Shown here: positions 10,401 through 19,032 of the stretch, piece by piece
Layout: the number at the start of each line of letters is the position of its first letter
How positions within the stretch are numbered: position 1 is the stretch's first letter
Source: Myxococcota bacterium
Lineage (GTDB): Bacteria; Myxococcota_A; UBA796; UBA2385
Direction of reading: 5' to 3'
Assembly: GCA_044344255.1 (NCBI GenBank)
Contig: JBIJDH010000020.1
Span: 64,001 to 128,000 of the forward strand
DNA length: 64,000 bases
The notes under the pieces: model-generated
Seen by the model: the letters and a program-made list of their open reading frames with translations, nothing else
Databases searched by the model: none
Told to the model about the DNA's origin: nothing
Program-made: the position numbers and the translations under genes

Positions 10401-13400
10401 CCTCCGCCGGGGTGAAGGGGGACTGGACGAGGAGCTCGGCCACCTCGCCGGCCTGGAAGGACTCCTGGTTGGGGATCAGCACCACCTGCTGCTGCTCGAC
10501 GGTGCGGCTGGGCTTGGCCTCCCCGCCCGACACCCACACCGTGGTGCGGGTCTGGTTGCTGCGGCCCTGGGCGTCGACCACGGTGGCCTCGAGGGTGAAG
10601 GCGCCGCCCGCCTTGGGCTTGAAGGTGGCGCGGACCGGCTCCGTGCCGGAGGTGAGCTCGAGGGTCTGGCGCTCGACCTCCTCCTCCTTCCATTGCCCGT
10701 TCGGCTGCACCTTCCAGGCCTTCCGCACGAAGGCCAGCGCCACCGCTCGGCCGGCCACCGCGCCGCCGTCGATGTTGGGGGTGACCAGGGTGAAGGTGAC
10801 GTCCTGACCTTCATTGTAGAAGGGTCGATCGAGCTTCACGCCGACGTAGACCGAGGCCGGGTGGAGCAGCAGGCTGGTGGAGCCGGTCCAGGCCTGTCGG
10901 TTCACGTCCTGCACCGTGGCGGTGGCCTGAACCGTCATCGGCCGCGCCGGCTTGAGCGCGGCGAAGTGCATGTCGAGGTGGTGCTTGCCGGTGGCGTCGG
11001 TGCTGCCCTTCAGGGTCCAGGGCCCACCCTCCGGGGTGACCTCGCCGCCGCCCTCGTCGCCCCACCAGCTCCGCTGGAGCCACCAGGGCGTCCACTCCCC
11101 GAAGCTGTACTCGCCCCAGCCGGGGGGGCTGAAGCTGCCGGCGGTCGCGGTGACGGTCCAGTGGGTCTCGGCGCCAGGGAGCGCGCCACCTGCGTAGTAG
11201 TTGGCCGAGACCGTGGCGAGGGCGGACTGGCCGAGGACGTGCGGGCCGACCGTCTCGACGCTGGCGCTCACCTCGAACTCGGGCCGACGGAACTCCTGGA
11301 CCTGGAACCCGTAGTTGCTGGCGGTGTTCGTGAGGCCGCCGAAGCCCTCCGCCACGAGCAGGAAGGTGGCGTCACCGAGGTTCATCTCGCTCGGGATCTT
11401 CGCCTTGAGATCGAAGCCGCCGCTCTCATCGACGGGGGTGCTGCCGCTCAGCACGTCGTTGCCGACCGCGTCGCGGAGGGTCCAGCGCACGGTGCGGCGC
11501 TCGGGGGGGAGCGCGGCGAGGTCACCACCCTCCCGGTTCTGCCAGGCCCGCAGCCAGCCCTTGACGAAGACCTCCTCGCCGGGGCGCGCCATGTGGCGGT
11601 CGTCAAAGACGTACCAGAGCAGCCGATCGCTGTGATCGCGCTTCACCCAGCTTGTGCTGTACCAGCCGTGGTTCTGGTCTTGCTCGCTCAAGATGGCGAC
11701 GTCGCCGCCGCGGCGAGCGACGAGCAGGGTGGGGGTCTCGCCGCCCGGGCTGGCCGAGGGGAGCGGCAAGCGGGCGAGGCCGTCGGCGGCCGTGCGGGCC
11801 CCGGCCGCGCCAGTGCCACCGGGGAGGATCGAGAGCTCGACGTCGGAGAGGGGCTTGCCGGTGGCGAGGTCGGTGGCCCAGGCCAGCAGCTCATCGGCGT
11901 CGCTCATCGCGGTCAGACCGATGTCGGTCACCTGCACCCAGACGAGCACCCGCTGGCGGTCCCACTTGTCCTTGGGCGGCTTCGTCGGCTCGACCATCAC
12001 GACGAGCTGGCCGTGGCCCTCGGTGAGGAAGGGCCGGAGATCGAGGTTCGTCTCCACCTGGGTGTCGGCCACCGCCTGCACCGGCACCTTCTGGTCGATG
12101 AGCAGCGCCCCCGGGAGCTTCATGCCGCGGTCTTCCGCGTCCCAGGTGCGCATCCAGGCCCCGAAGGCGCCCCAGTCCCCGGGGGTGACCCGGAAGACCT
12201 TCATCCGCAGCGCCTCATGGTTGACGGAGTAGACCGTGAGCGCCGGATCGCCGATGGGATCGAGCAGCACGGTGTTCCGCGGCGGGCCGGAGAGCTGCGG
12301 CCGCAGGGCCTCGGCCTTGCCCACCTTGAAGGTGGCCGACCAGGCCCGCTCGCTCACCTGCCCGAAGCTGTCCTTCAAGCCCGGCTTGACCTTTACGGTG
12401 TAGGTGGTCTGCGGCTTGGTGGCCCCCTGGACCTGCAGCCAGGCCCCGGAGACGAAGATCGAGGCGCCCGGCAGCGGCGGCGAGATCTCGACGAGGGCGG
12501 GGTCAAAGGCCTCGCCGTCGAGCGGGTTCGAGAACTGGAGCTGCCAGCCCGTGCCGGGGCGGCAGTCTTTGTTCCAGCCGCAGCGGCTGTCGACGAGGTT
12601 GAGCTCGCCGTAGGTGCGGAAGCTGCTCGACTGGGCCTTCGGGGTGCGGAGCGGGCCCTCGGCAGAGGGGGCGCCCGCCTCCACCATCACCGTCATCGAG
12701 GTGGCGAAGGGCAGGGGCGCCGTGGGCCGCAGCACGAGGAAGCGGTCGGGCTGCAAGCCCTGGACGCGCAGACGCATGTCGGCGTCGGCCTCGATCTCGG
12801 GGGCGTCGGCGAGGCGGAAGGGGAAGGCGGTCTGCCCGAAGCGGAGCTTGATGTGGCCCGACATCTGCTCGCGATCGATCTTCTGGTCAAAGGAGACGAG
12901 GATGAGCGGGTCGCGCACGGTCGGGCCGCCGACGGGGCTCCAGCCGGTCACCTGCGGAGCGGGGGTGGTGAAGACCCGCTCGAAGGGCTGGGGGAGCGCG
13001 CCGCCGCTGGCCGACTTCGTGCCCGCCAGCACCCGCATGGTGTACTTCGTGGCCATCGGGAAGCGGCCATCGGGCTCGAAGAGCAGCGTGCGGGTGCCGA
13101 TCCAACGCCACTGGCCGGGGGGCGTGGGCTCGAGCACGACGGGCCGCGTCGCCGCCGCCTCCGCCACGCTCGTCACGGCCACCATCGGCTGGTTGAAGGT
13201 GACGCTGAGCGAGGCCGCGATGGGCACGTCGCCCTCTGGGGAGGCCCGCAGCACCTGGAGCGGGCCCGCCACGACGGCCTCCGGCGCCGACAGCTCCCCG
13301 GGCGGCGGGAAGGTCTCGGCCACGGTCTCGCCCTTCAGCGGGGGCGGAAGCGAGTCCGGACGCTTGGCGAAGTCGACCCGGTCGCCGGTCGCCTCCTCCA

Positions 13401-13671
13401 ACTTCGGCAGGCGGGCGAGGAGGCCCGCGGTCTCCGCCTCCGAGAGGGCCACCGCGGGGGTGGCGGCGCTGCGCTCCACCCGGCCGCCAGGAGGGGTGGC
13501 CTCGGAGAGCTCGATTCGAACGACCGGCTCTACAGGGTTCGCATCGAAGACCAGCTTCATCGTAGACTCCGCGGCAGAGGCGCCGTCGTCGAGGCCCTCG
13601 GGGGCCGTCAAGGCCGGGCGCTTGCAGGTGCAGAGGAGGACCAGGCCGAGGCCGGCGAGGAGGCGACGCAT
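7444..13671 (-). CDS. Full-length bacterial alpha-2-macroglobulin with N-terminal Ig-like domains and thioester motif
   Basis: 2075 aa; MG2 (FDDRHMARPGE, VQEFRRPEFEV); low-complexity bait region; LPDSLTRYR; PRFLNFGD; thioester YPYGCAEQ; C-terminal ARATTPGAFVVPPAKAEEMYHPE. Confidence 0.92.
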   Translation of the reverse strand: MRRLLAGLGLVLLCTCKRPALTAPEGLDDGASAAESTMKLVFDANPVEPVVRIELSEATPPGGRVERSAATPAVALSEAETAGLLARLPKLEEATGDRVDFAKRPDSLPPPLKGETVAETFPPPGELSAPEAVVAGPLQVLRASPEGDVPIAASLSVTFNQPMVAVTSVAEAAATRPVVLEPTPPGQWRWIGTRTLLFEPDGRFPMATKYTMRVLAGTKSASGGALPQPFERVFTTPAPQVTGWSPVGGPTVRDPLILVSFDQKIDREQMSGHIKLRFGQTAFPFRLADAPEIEADADMRLRVQGLQPDRFLVLRPTAPLPFATSMTVMVEAGAPSAEGPLRTPKAQSSSFRTYGELNLVDSRCGWNKDCRPGTGWQLQFSNPLDGEAFDPALVEISPPLPGASIFVSGAWLQVQGATKPQTTYTVKVKPGLKDSFGQVSERAWSATFKVGKAEALRPQLSGPPRNTVLLDPIGDPALTVYSVNHEALRMKVFRVTPGDWGAFGAWMRTWDAEDRGMKLPGALLIDQKVPVQAVADTQVETNLDLRPFLTEGHGQLVVMVEPTKPPKDKWDRQRVLVWVQVTDIGLTAMSDADELLAWATDLATGKPLSDVELSILPGGTGAAGARTAADGLARLPLPSASPGGETPTLLVARRGGDVAILSEQDQNHGWYSTSWVKRDHSDRLLWYVFDDRHMARPGEEVFVKGWLRAWQNREGGDLAALPPERRTVRWTLRDAVGNDVLSGSTPVDESGGFDLKAKIPSEMNLGDATFLLVAEGFGGLTNTASNYGFQVQEFRRPEFEVSASVETVGPHVLGQSALATVSANYYAGGALPGAETHWTVTATAGSFSPPGWGEYSFGEWTPWWLQRSWWGDEGGGEVTPEGGPWTLKGSTDATGKHHLDMHFAALKPARPMTVQATATVQDVNRQAWTGSTSLLLHPASVYVGVKLDRPFYNEGQDVTFTLVTPNIDGGAVAGRAVALAFVRKAWKVQPNGQWKEEEVERQTLELTSGTEPVRATFKPKAGGAFTLEATVVDAQGRSNQTRTTVWVSGGEAKPSRTVEQQQVVLIPNQESFQAGEVAELLVQSPFTPAEGVVTWRRTGLVQAQRFTMTSSTTVLKVPIEEGMVPNLNVQVDLVGAAPRAGAAAEDLTAKPLRPAYATGTVNLRVPPLQRTLGVAVRPREAAVEPGGSTTLDVSVKDASGRPVAGSLVAVVVVDESVLALSGYSLPDPIGAFYFDRGAEVYDSHSRAMLWLVDPSALADQAPGGLGLSGEGFGGGGAADGDMLRDGGEREVRPMAAPPPAPAAAPTSGAASVTRAAPKMKAQMEMAESAPDEPAQPTGPAIAVRTNWNPTALWLPATPTDAAGKAVVQLKLPDSLTRYRITAVAVSGGQRFGKGESSVTARKALMLRPSAPRFLNFGDRFELPFVVQNQTDQPIEVDLAVRAVNATFSGAASAGQRFTVPANDRAELRFPTETVSSGKARFQAAVSPRSHVDWSDAAEISLPVWTPATSEAFATYGELDGKEASVTLRQPVTLPGEVWTQFGGLEVSTSSTQLQALTDAVIYLTDYPYGCAEQLSSRVLGVAALKDVLGAFEAPGLPDAAALQRATAADIEELAFRQNSDGGWAFWRKGQESWPYVSVHVAHALVRAEAKGFAVPRATRDRALGYLRAIERRIPREYGPEARRTLTAYALYVRQLAGDGDVKRAVSLTEEWGGVDKMSLEAIGWLLPTWKAGGQGTLLAQAMRQLNNKVTETASDAHFVTSYGDDAYLLLHSDRRVDAILVDSLIQVDPKNDLIPKVVRALLGHRVKGRWSSTQDNIWVLLAMDRYFHTYEGVTPDFVARVWLGDRFAGEHRFKGRTTETSEIDVPMAWLSDTAGAEGKTRDLIVARQGAGRLYYRVGMRYAPKDLTLAAFDAGFAVERRYEAIDDPSDVRREADGTWTLRAGSRVRVRVTMVAPARRTHVALVDPLPAGLEVLNPELKVVGDLPPDQQKTGPMPPPWGGRGGWWRWWGPWYDHENMRDDRVEVFASLLWDGVHEYSYVARATTPGAFVVPPAKAEEMYHPETFGRSATDRVVIK

Positions 13672-14669
13672 CAGGGCTCCAGAGCGGAGGGGGCCGGGAA
13701 GGCGCGGCGGAGGGAGACGAGGTTCATCACCGTCTCGCAGTCCACCTCGACGCTCCGGAAGAAGGCGCGCAGCACCCGGTTCGGGCCGAATTCGTGCACC
13801 GGCTCACCCGTGGCGGCGAGGGCGCGCATGTTGTCCACCCAGCGGACCGTGCCCGAGATCTGCGCGACGAGCCGCCGCACGAGCTCCGCACGATCGTCCG
13901 AGTGGAAGCCGCCCGTCACATTGCAGGCGACCCGCGGCGCTCGATCGAGGGTCCAGCTCGCCGAGGCTTCGGTCAGCAGGGCCTGGAAGTCTGCCTCGAT
14001 CGGGGCCATCAGGCGGCTGTGAAAGGGGGCGCTCACGTCGAGCTTGCGGGCCCGCGCGGCCTGCCCCGCGGGGGCGGCGGCGAGGCGCTCGAGGGCGACA
14101 TCGAGGTCAGCCGCATCGCCGGAGAGCACGAGCTGGTCGGGCCCGTTGTGGTTGGCGAGATCGACGGCGAGGCCTGCGGTGAGCGCGAGGATGGCCTCGA
14201 CGTCGAGCGACTCGCCGATGATGGCGGCCATCGCCCCCCGCCCCGAGGGCACGGCCAGCTGCATCCGCCGGCCCCGCTCCCGCACGAGCACGACCGCCTG
14301 AGCGAGGGGGATGACCCCCGCGGCGACCAGGGCGGTGTACTCCCCGAGGCTGTGGCCGCCGAACCAGGCGGGCGCGTAGCCCTGCTCCGCCGCCGCCGCG
14401 AAGAGCGCGATCTCGACGGCGAGGATGGCGGGCTGCGCATACTCGGTGAGCGAGAGCCGCGGGTCCGCCCCGAAGATGAGGGCGGGGAGGTCAAGAGACA
14501 GGGCCTCGCTGGCCTCCGCGATCACCGCCCGCGCGACGGGCGTCGCCTCCACCACGTCCTTGCCCATGCCCGCCTTTTGAGCGCCCTGGCCCGTAAAGAC
14601 GGCGACCCCACGAGGGGTCCCGGAGCGGGGTGCGTGGAACACCATGGGGTGGGCGGAGCGGATGGACAC
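13671..14669 (-). CDS. fabD: Malonyl-CoA:ACP transacylase (ACP S-malonyltransferase)
   Basis: FTGQGAQ, QPAI, GHSLGEY, RGRRMQ and VSAPFHS. The exact start is uncertain. Confidence 0.85.
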   Translation of the reverse strand: MSIRSAHPMVFHAPRSGTPRGVAVFTGQGAQKAGMGKDVVEATPVARAVIAEASEALSLDLPALIFGADPRLSLTEYAQPAILAVEIALFAAAAEQGYAPAWFGGHSLGEYTALVAAGVIPLAQAVVLVRERGRRMQLAVPSGRGAMAAIIGESLDVEAILALTAGLAVDLANHNGPDQLVLSGDAADLDVALERLAAAPAGQAARARKLDVSAPFHSRLMAPIEADFQALLTEASASWTLDRAPRVACNVTGGFHSDDRAELVRRLVAQISGTVRWVDNMRALAATGEPVHEFGPNRVLRAFFRSVEVDCETVMNLVSLRRAFPAPSALEP

Positions 14670-14891
14670 GGGTCACTCCCTGAGTTGAGGTCTTGGGGGC
14701 GGCCTCTCTCGAGCGGCGCCGCGCGGGCCGACATAACCGGCGGCCGCCCCGTGCAGCCGCCGTGGAACGGATAGCCCCCCCCCTGAGCGCGCCGCCACTG
14801 CGCCCGGTCGCCGCCGCGCGCTTCGACGCCGCCTGCCTTGCCGGGCCCCCTTCGGATGTTAAGCGAGCGACCTTATTCGCCGAGGATCCCC

Positions 14892-15905
14892 ATGGGCGCC
14901 GACACGAGCCCCCTTCGTCCTGAGACCATCGACCAGCTCCAACAGGCGGTCGCCGCGGCCCAGCGGGTCCTGTTGAGCGGCCCCGTCGACCCCGATGGGG
15001 ACAGCATCGGCGCCTGCCTCGGCCTCGCCCAGATGATCCGCGCCTGCTCCTCGGCGCGGGTCGAGGTGGCGGGCAGCGCGGCCTACCGCTACGCCTGGCT
15101 CGACGGGGCGAGCGACATGGTGCCCGACGCCGCCATCCTGCCCGACTATGACGTCGTCATCATCATGGACGGTGACCGCCGTCGCCTTGTGCCCACGGTC
15201 GAGCGGGCCTTCCTCGCCGCCCCCCGCACGGTGCTGGTCGACCACCACGCCTCGACGGAGCCCGAGGGCTACGACATCGTCCTGCTCGACCCCTCCGCCG
15301 CCAGCACCACGGCGATGGTCGACGGCATCCGCGAGCGCTGGGGCCTCCCGCTCGACCCCCGCCTCGCCGCCGCGCTGTACACGGGCCTCATCTTCGACAC
15401 CGGCGGCTTCCGCCACTCGAACACGCGCCCCAGCACACTCGCCCTCGCCGCTCGCCTGATCGAGACGGGCATCGACCACGCCACGATATCGGTGCGGGTC
15501 CTCGTCGAGCGCCGGCCAGCGGGCCTCCGCCTCCTCGGCGCCGTGCTCGAGCGGGTGCGCTTCACGGCCGAGGGGCGGGTCTGCCTCGGCGCGGTCCAAG
15601 AGTCCGACTTCGTGTGCCATGGGGCCGACGGCACCGACCTCGAGGGCATCGTCGACGCCCTCGTCTACACGCGGGGCGTCGAGGTCGCCTGCCTGCTGGT
15701 CGAGCGCGGCCCGGCGCGGGTCAAGCTCAGCCTCCGCAGCCGCACCGACACCATCGACGTCTCCCGCGTCGCCCGCAGCTTCCACGGCGGCGGCGGCGGG
15801 CACCCGCGGGCCGCAGGGGTGGTGCTCGAGGTCCCGCTGGAGGAGGCCCTGCGCCTCGTCACCCAGGCGCTCGACCTCGCCGTCGCCCGCGTCTTCGCCG
15901 CCTGA
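14892..15905 (+). CDS. nrnA: DHH/DHHA1 phosphoesterase (nanoRNase/pAp phosphatase NrnA family)
   Basis: PDGDSIG, DHH, DTGGFRHSNT, KLSLRS and GGGGHPRAAG. Confidence 0.85.
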   Translation: MGADTSPLRPETIDQLQQAVAAAQRVLLSGPVDPDGDSIGACLGLAQMIRACSSARVEVAGSAAYRYAWLDGASDMVPDAAILPDYDVVIIMDGDRRRLVPTVERAFLAAPRTVLVDHHASTEPEGYDIVLLDPSAASTTAMVDGIRERWGLPLDPRLAAALYTGLIFDTGGFRHSNTRPSTLALAARLIETGIDHATISVRVLVERRPAGLRLLGAVLERVRFTAEGRVCLGAVQESDFVCHGADGTDLEGIVDALVYTRGVEVACLLVERGPARVKLSLRSRTDTIDVSRVARSFHGGGGGHPRAAGVVLEVPLEEALRLVTQALDLAVARVFAA

Positions 15906-17636
15906 TCAGCGGATCGGCCAGGCCGCCTCGGCCCCCTGATCGACGAGGGGCGCGCCGAGCCTCGCGCGCAGCAGGGCCTCGGTCCGGCTCCGCTCCGCCT
16001 CCCCCAGGGCCTCGCGGTGGAGCACCAGGGCGACGAAGCCGAGCTCACCGAGCCGCGCCCGCCGGGAGGCGCTCGGCGGGTAGAGCTGCCGCAGCGGCGG
16101 CTGGTCTCGGTTTCGGCTGCGTGCCGCAGGATCGTCGAGGGCGCGCAGGAGGTCCACCACCAGCAGGTCCGAGCGCAGGACCTCGGGCAGGAAGACGTTG
16201 ACCCCGTAGGGGATCGGCTGGCCGTGCGCGGTCTGCCAGGCCTGATAGCGTCGGTTGGCGGCCGTGGCGTCGGGGGGCCAGTCGAGGAGGGGCCCGTCGG
16301 GCAGCGCCGCGTAGATCGCGGGGAGCTCGAAGGCCGTCACCCGCGTGGGCCAGGGCGCGGGTGAGAGCAGCAGCGCCTCCAAGACCACGACCAGCGCTGC
16401 TCCATCGCGGAGCAGCCCCGCTCCCACCGCCGGCAGCCGCGCCGCGCCCGACCCTGCGAAGAGACCGAGCAGCGGCAGCAGGGCGACGACGAGGCGGTAG
16501 GGGTGGTGGACCCCCGCGAGGGGAGAGCCCGGCAGGTAGAGCAGGGCCAGCGGGAGGCGGAGGGCCTGCCCGCCCACCCGAACCAGCCGGCCATCCCAGC
16601 AGAGGGCCGGGCCGAGGCAGAGGAGGCCGTACAGGAGGGTCACGGTGAGGAGCGGGCGGAGGGATCGATCCCGCACGGCGGCCCACATCCCCAGCAGGAG
16701 CGCGACACCGCCGAGGTAGTTCACATGGAGGATCCCAGGGTTTCCAAGGGCCGGGGTGTCGGGGAAGTAGTGGGCGCCCGGGCGGATGAAGGTGAGCAGG
16801 TCGGTCGCCGGCAGGCCGTCCCCCTGCCAGCCCGGCGCGTTGGCCGCCGTGACCGCGGCCAGCGGGTCGGCGAGGGCGGCCTCGGCCAGCGCGGCGACCC
16901 CGAGGCAGGGCGGCGTGGCCACGAGGCCGAGCACGAGCAGCGGCAAGACCCGGGCCCTCACGCCCCGGCCGGGCAGGGCGCAGACCGCGAAGAGGGCCGT
17001 GAAAAGACCATAGTAGAGGGCTTGCAGCGCGCAGAGGCCCACCAGCAGCCCGGCGAGGGCGGCGAGGCGGAGCGAAGGGGGGCGCCCGCGCGGGTCGAGG
17101 CCGAGGGCGCGCAGGGTGGCCCAGACCGCGAGGACCACCGGCCAGATCCCCGCGTACTCCGAGAGCCCGGAGTGTTGCAGCCCCAGCAGGTAAGGGCTCG
17201 CGCCCACCACGGCGGCGGGGACGAGGCCGCCGCGCCCCGGCCCCAGCAGGTCGCGCCCCATCGCGTAGGCGGCGAGGGCGGCGGCGCCGGGCTGGAGGGC
17301 CTGCAGCAGGTCCCAGGCCCGCGCGAGGCCGAGGGGGCGCGCGGCCAGCATGAACAGAGCGCCGATGGGATCGGGGTACCAGAGCCGGAGCGCCCCGGGG
17401 AAGTGGGTGAGGCCGGTCTCGGCGGGGAGGCGCCCCCGGAGCAGCTCGCCGCCGAACCACCAGGCACCCTGCAGGTGGTCTGGCATGTCGGAGAGCGGGT
17501 GCCCGAGCAGGTCGCCGCGGAGGGCCGCGAGGAGCGCAGGGGCCGCGACGAGGGCGCCGAGGGCGACGACGAGGCCGAGCTCAACCCGAGCGCTCCTCGC
17601 CGATGGACCGCCCCCGGTCACTCCACGTTGACTCAC
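15906..17636 (-). CDS. Polytopic membrane protein, GT-C-like (paralog of 38107 and 41638)
   Basis: Many TM segments; H..GAWWF..P..T...FP....YPDP; HPYRL; C-terminal LLDWP..YQ..Q.AHG.P domain. The GTG start overlaps the upstream stop. Confidence 0.7.
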   Translation of the reverse strand: MSQRGVTGGGPSARSARVELGLVVALGALVAAPALLAALRGDLLGHPLSDMPDHLQGAWWFGGELLRGRLPAETGLTHFPGALRLWYPDPIGALFMLAARPLGLARAWDLLQALQPGAAALAAYAMGRDLLGPGRGGLVPAAVVGASPYLLGLQHSGLSEYAGIWPVVLAVWATLRALGLDPRGRPPSLRLAALAGLLVGLCALQALYYGLFTALFAVCALPGRGVRARVLPLLVLGLVATPPCLGVAALAEAALADPLAAVTAANAPGWQGDGLPATDLLTFIRPGAHYFPDTPALGNPGILHVNYLGGVALLLGMWAAVRDRSLRPLLTVTLLYGLLCLGPALCWDGRLVRVGGQALRLPLALLYLPGSPLAGVHHPYRLVVALLPLLGLFAGSGAARLPAVGAGLLRDGAALVVVLEALLLSPAPWPTRVTAFELPAIYAALPDGPLLDWPPDATAANRRYQAWQTAHGQPIPYGVNVFLPEVLRSDLLVVDLLRALDDPAARSRNRDQPPLRQLYPPSASRRARLGELGFVALVLHREALGEAERSRTEALLRARLGAPLVDQGAEAAWPIR

Positions 17637-17647
17637 TCCACGTTGAC
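17618..17647. repeat. Perfect 15-bp tandem duplication TCACTCCACGTTGAC x2, copying the last codons plus stop (VNVE*) of the 17633..18925 gene
   Basis: Read directly at 17618-17632 and 17633-17647. Confidence 0.95.
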
Positions 17648-18925
17648 CGTGAGGTCGGCCACGGCCCGCGCCGGGCCGCCATTTCGAGGGTTGTACCAGA
17701 GGGTGTAGTACCAGACGGTCCCGGGCTTGTCCTGGGGCGGGCTGTCGGCCCACGTCAGGGCTTGCCCCTCCATCGGCGCGATCTCCGTGCCGGCGAAGAC
17801 CCGGATCCGCTTCGCGCTCCGCGTGACCGTCAAGCGGCGCGTCGAGAGCGCGCCCGCGGCACGGATCCGGACCCCGTCCGGAGACACCTCGAGCGGCAGG
17901 AGCTCCACGGCCCGCTCAGCGACCGCGTCGAGGGCGTCCACTGGCCCCTCCTCGGGGAGCATCAGCCGAACGAGGCGGCTCAGCTCCGGCGCCCCGCGGG
18001 CGGCGGCCTGCTCGCGTAGCGCGCTCGCCGAGTCTCCGTCGAGGGGCGAGCCGAGCCAGGCCGCGCCGAGGCGCACCAGCGCGATCCGCTCCCGCTCTTC
18101 GTTCGCGGCGCCCTCCACCGTGCTGAAGGGGCGCAGCCGCTCGCCCTTGGCGTTCCGCTCCGCGGCGTCGAGCTCGAGCTTGACCCCACCCTCTTCGGGG
18201 AAGAACACGCGGTTCGGGCTCGAATCGACCCAGGAGATGCGGGGCACCTTCAAGACCTCCCGGGCCTGGTCGAGGGTCCCCAGCAAGACACCCAGGCGCT
18301 GCAGCACCTCGTCGAGCGGGGCGGGGGGCTGCTCTCCCGCCTTGCGGGAGGCGCCCACCGGCGCGCGGATCCCCATCCGCTCCAGCGCCTTGGCGATGGA
18401 GGCGTCGGCCGAGATCCCCCCCGGCTTCCGCTCCGGCAGGGGCGCCCGGGGCGCGGAGGGCGGCGGGACCGCGGGCCGCGGGGGCGGCGGAGCGGGCGCG
18501 GCAGCGGCAGCAGGCGAGGCCACCGGGGCCGCCGGCGCGGTCACCGGCGAGGCCACGGGAGCGGCCACCGGCGCGGCCGGAGCAGGGGGCTCCGGGGGCT
18601 CCGCCGGCACCTCCACTCCCTCAGTCGGCGCGTCTGGGGCGGGCGCCGCCGGGCTCGCGGGCGCCTCATCGGCGTCGCCACGCTCCTCCTCGCGGATCTG
18701 CGTCCGTCCTCGATCTGCGCGCCGACGCCGCTCCGCCGGTCGGGCGTCGGGCTCGAGGTCGACGGGCAGGGGATCGGGGAAGAAGCCCCTCCAGAAATTC
18801 ACGAAGCCCGCGAGCGGGGTCGACTCGGGCTGCGCGACCTCCATCCCGAACAGGAGCACCACCAGGAAGGCGACCACCCCCCCGAAGAAGATGCTGATGT
18901 CCTCGATGAAGGGGTCGATGACCAT
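17633..18925 (-). CDS. Hypothetical protein (N-terminal TM, Pro/Ala linker, beta-rich C-terminus)
   Basis: 430-aa ORF with GC3-rich codons and a hydrophobic N-terminus. Confidence 0.7.
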   Translation of the reverse strand: MVIDPFIEDISIFFGGVVAFLVVLLFGMEVAQPESTPLAGFVNFWRGFFPDPLPVDLEPDARPAERRRRADRGRTQIREEERGDADEAPASPAAPAPDAPTEGVEVPAEPPEPPAPAAPVAAPVASPVTAPAAPVASPAAAAAPAPPPPRPAVPPPSAPRAPLPERKPGGISADASIAKALERMGIRAPVGASRKAGEQPPAPLDEVLQRLGVLLGTLDQAREVLKVPRISWVDSSPNRVFFPEEGGVKLELDAAERNAKGERLRPFSTVEGAANEERERIALVRLGAAWLGSPLDGDSASALREQAAARGAPELSRLVRLMLPEEGPVDALDAVAERAVELLPLEVSPDGVRIRAAGALSTRRLTVTRSAKRIRVFAGTEIAPMEGQALTWADSPPQDKPGTVWYYTLWYNPRNGGPARAVADLTVNVE

Positions 18926-19032
18926 TCAAGCCCTCGGGCGGCGGTAGCTCAACCGCCCTATCTACTGCGTCCATGCTCAGCCCGCCCCTGATCTGCCGGG
19001 CTCCGGCGGCCGAGGCCGGCTAAGCAGCCCCC

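Noticed and set aside
4155..14022. Long antisense ORFs (for example 4155..7070, 8119..10170, 10693..14022; also 47998..50355)
   Set aside because: These are shadow ORFs expected in high-GC DNA, lying opposite genes with clear family motifs.
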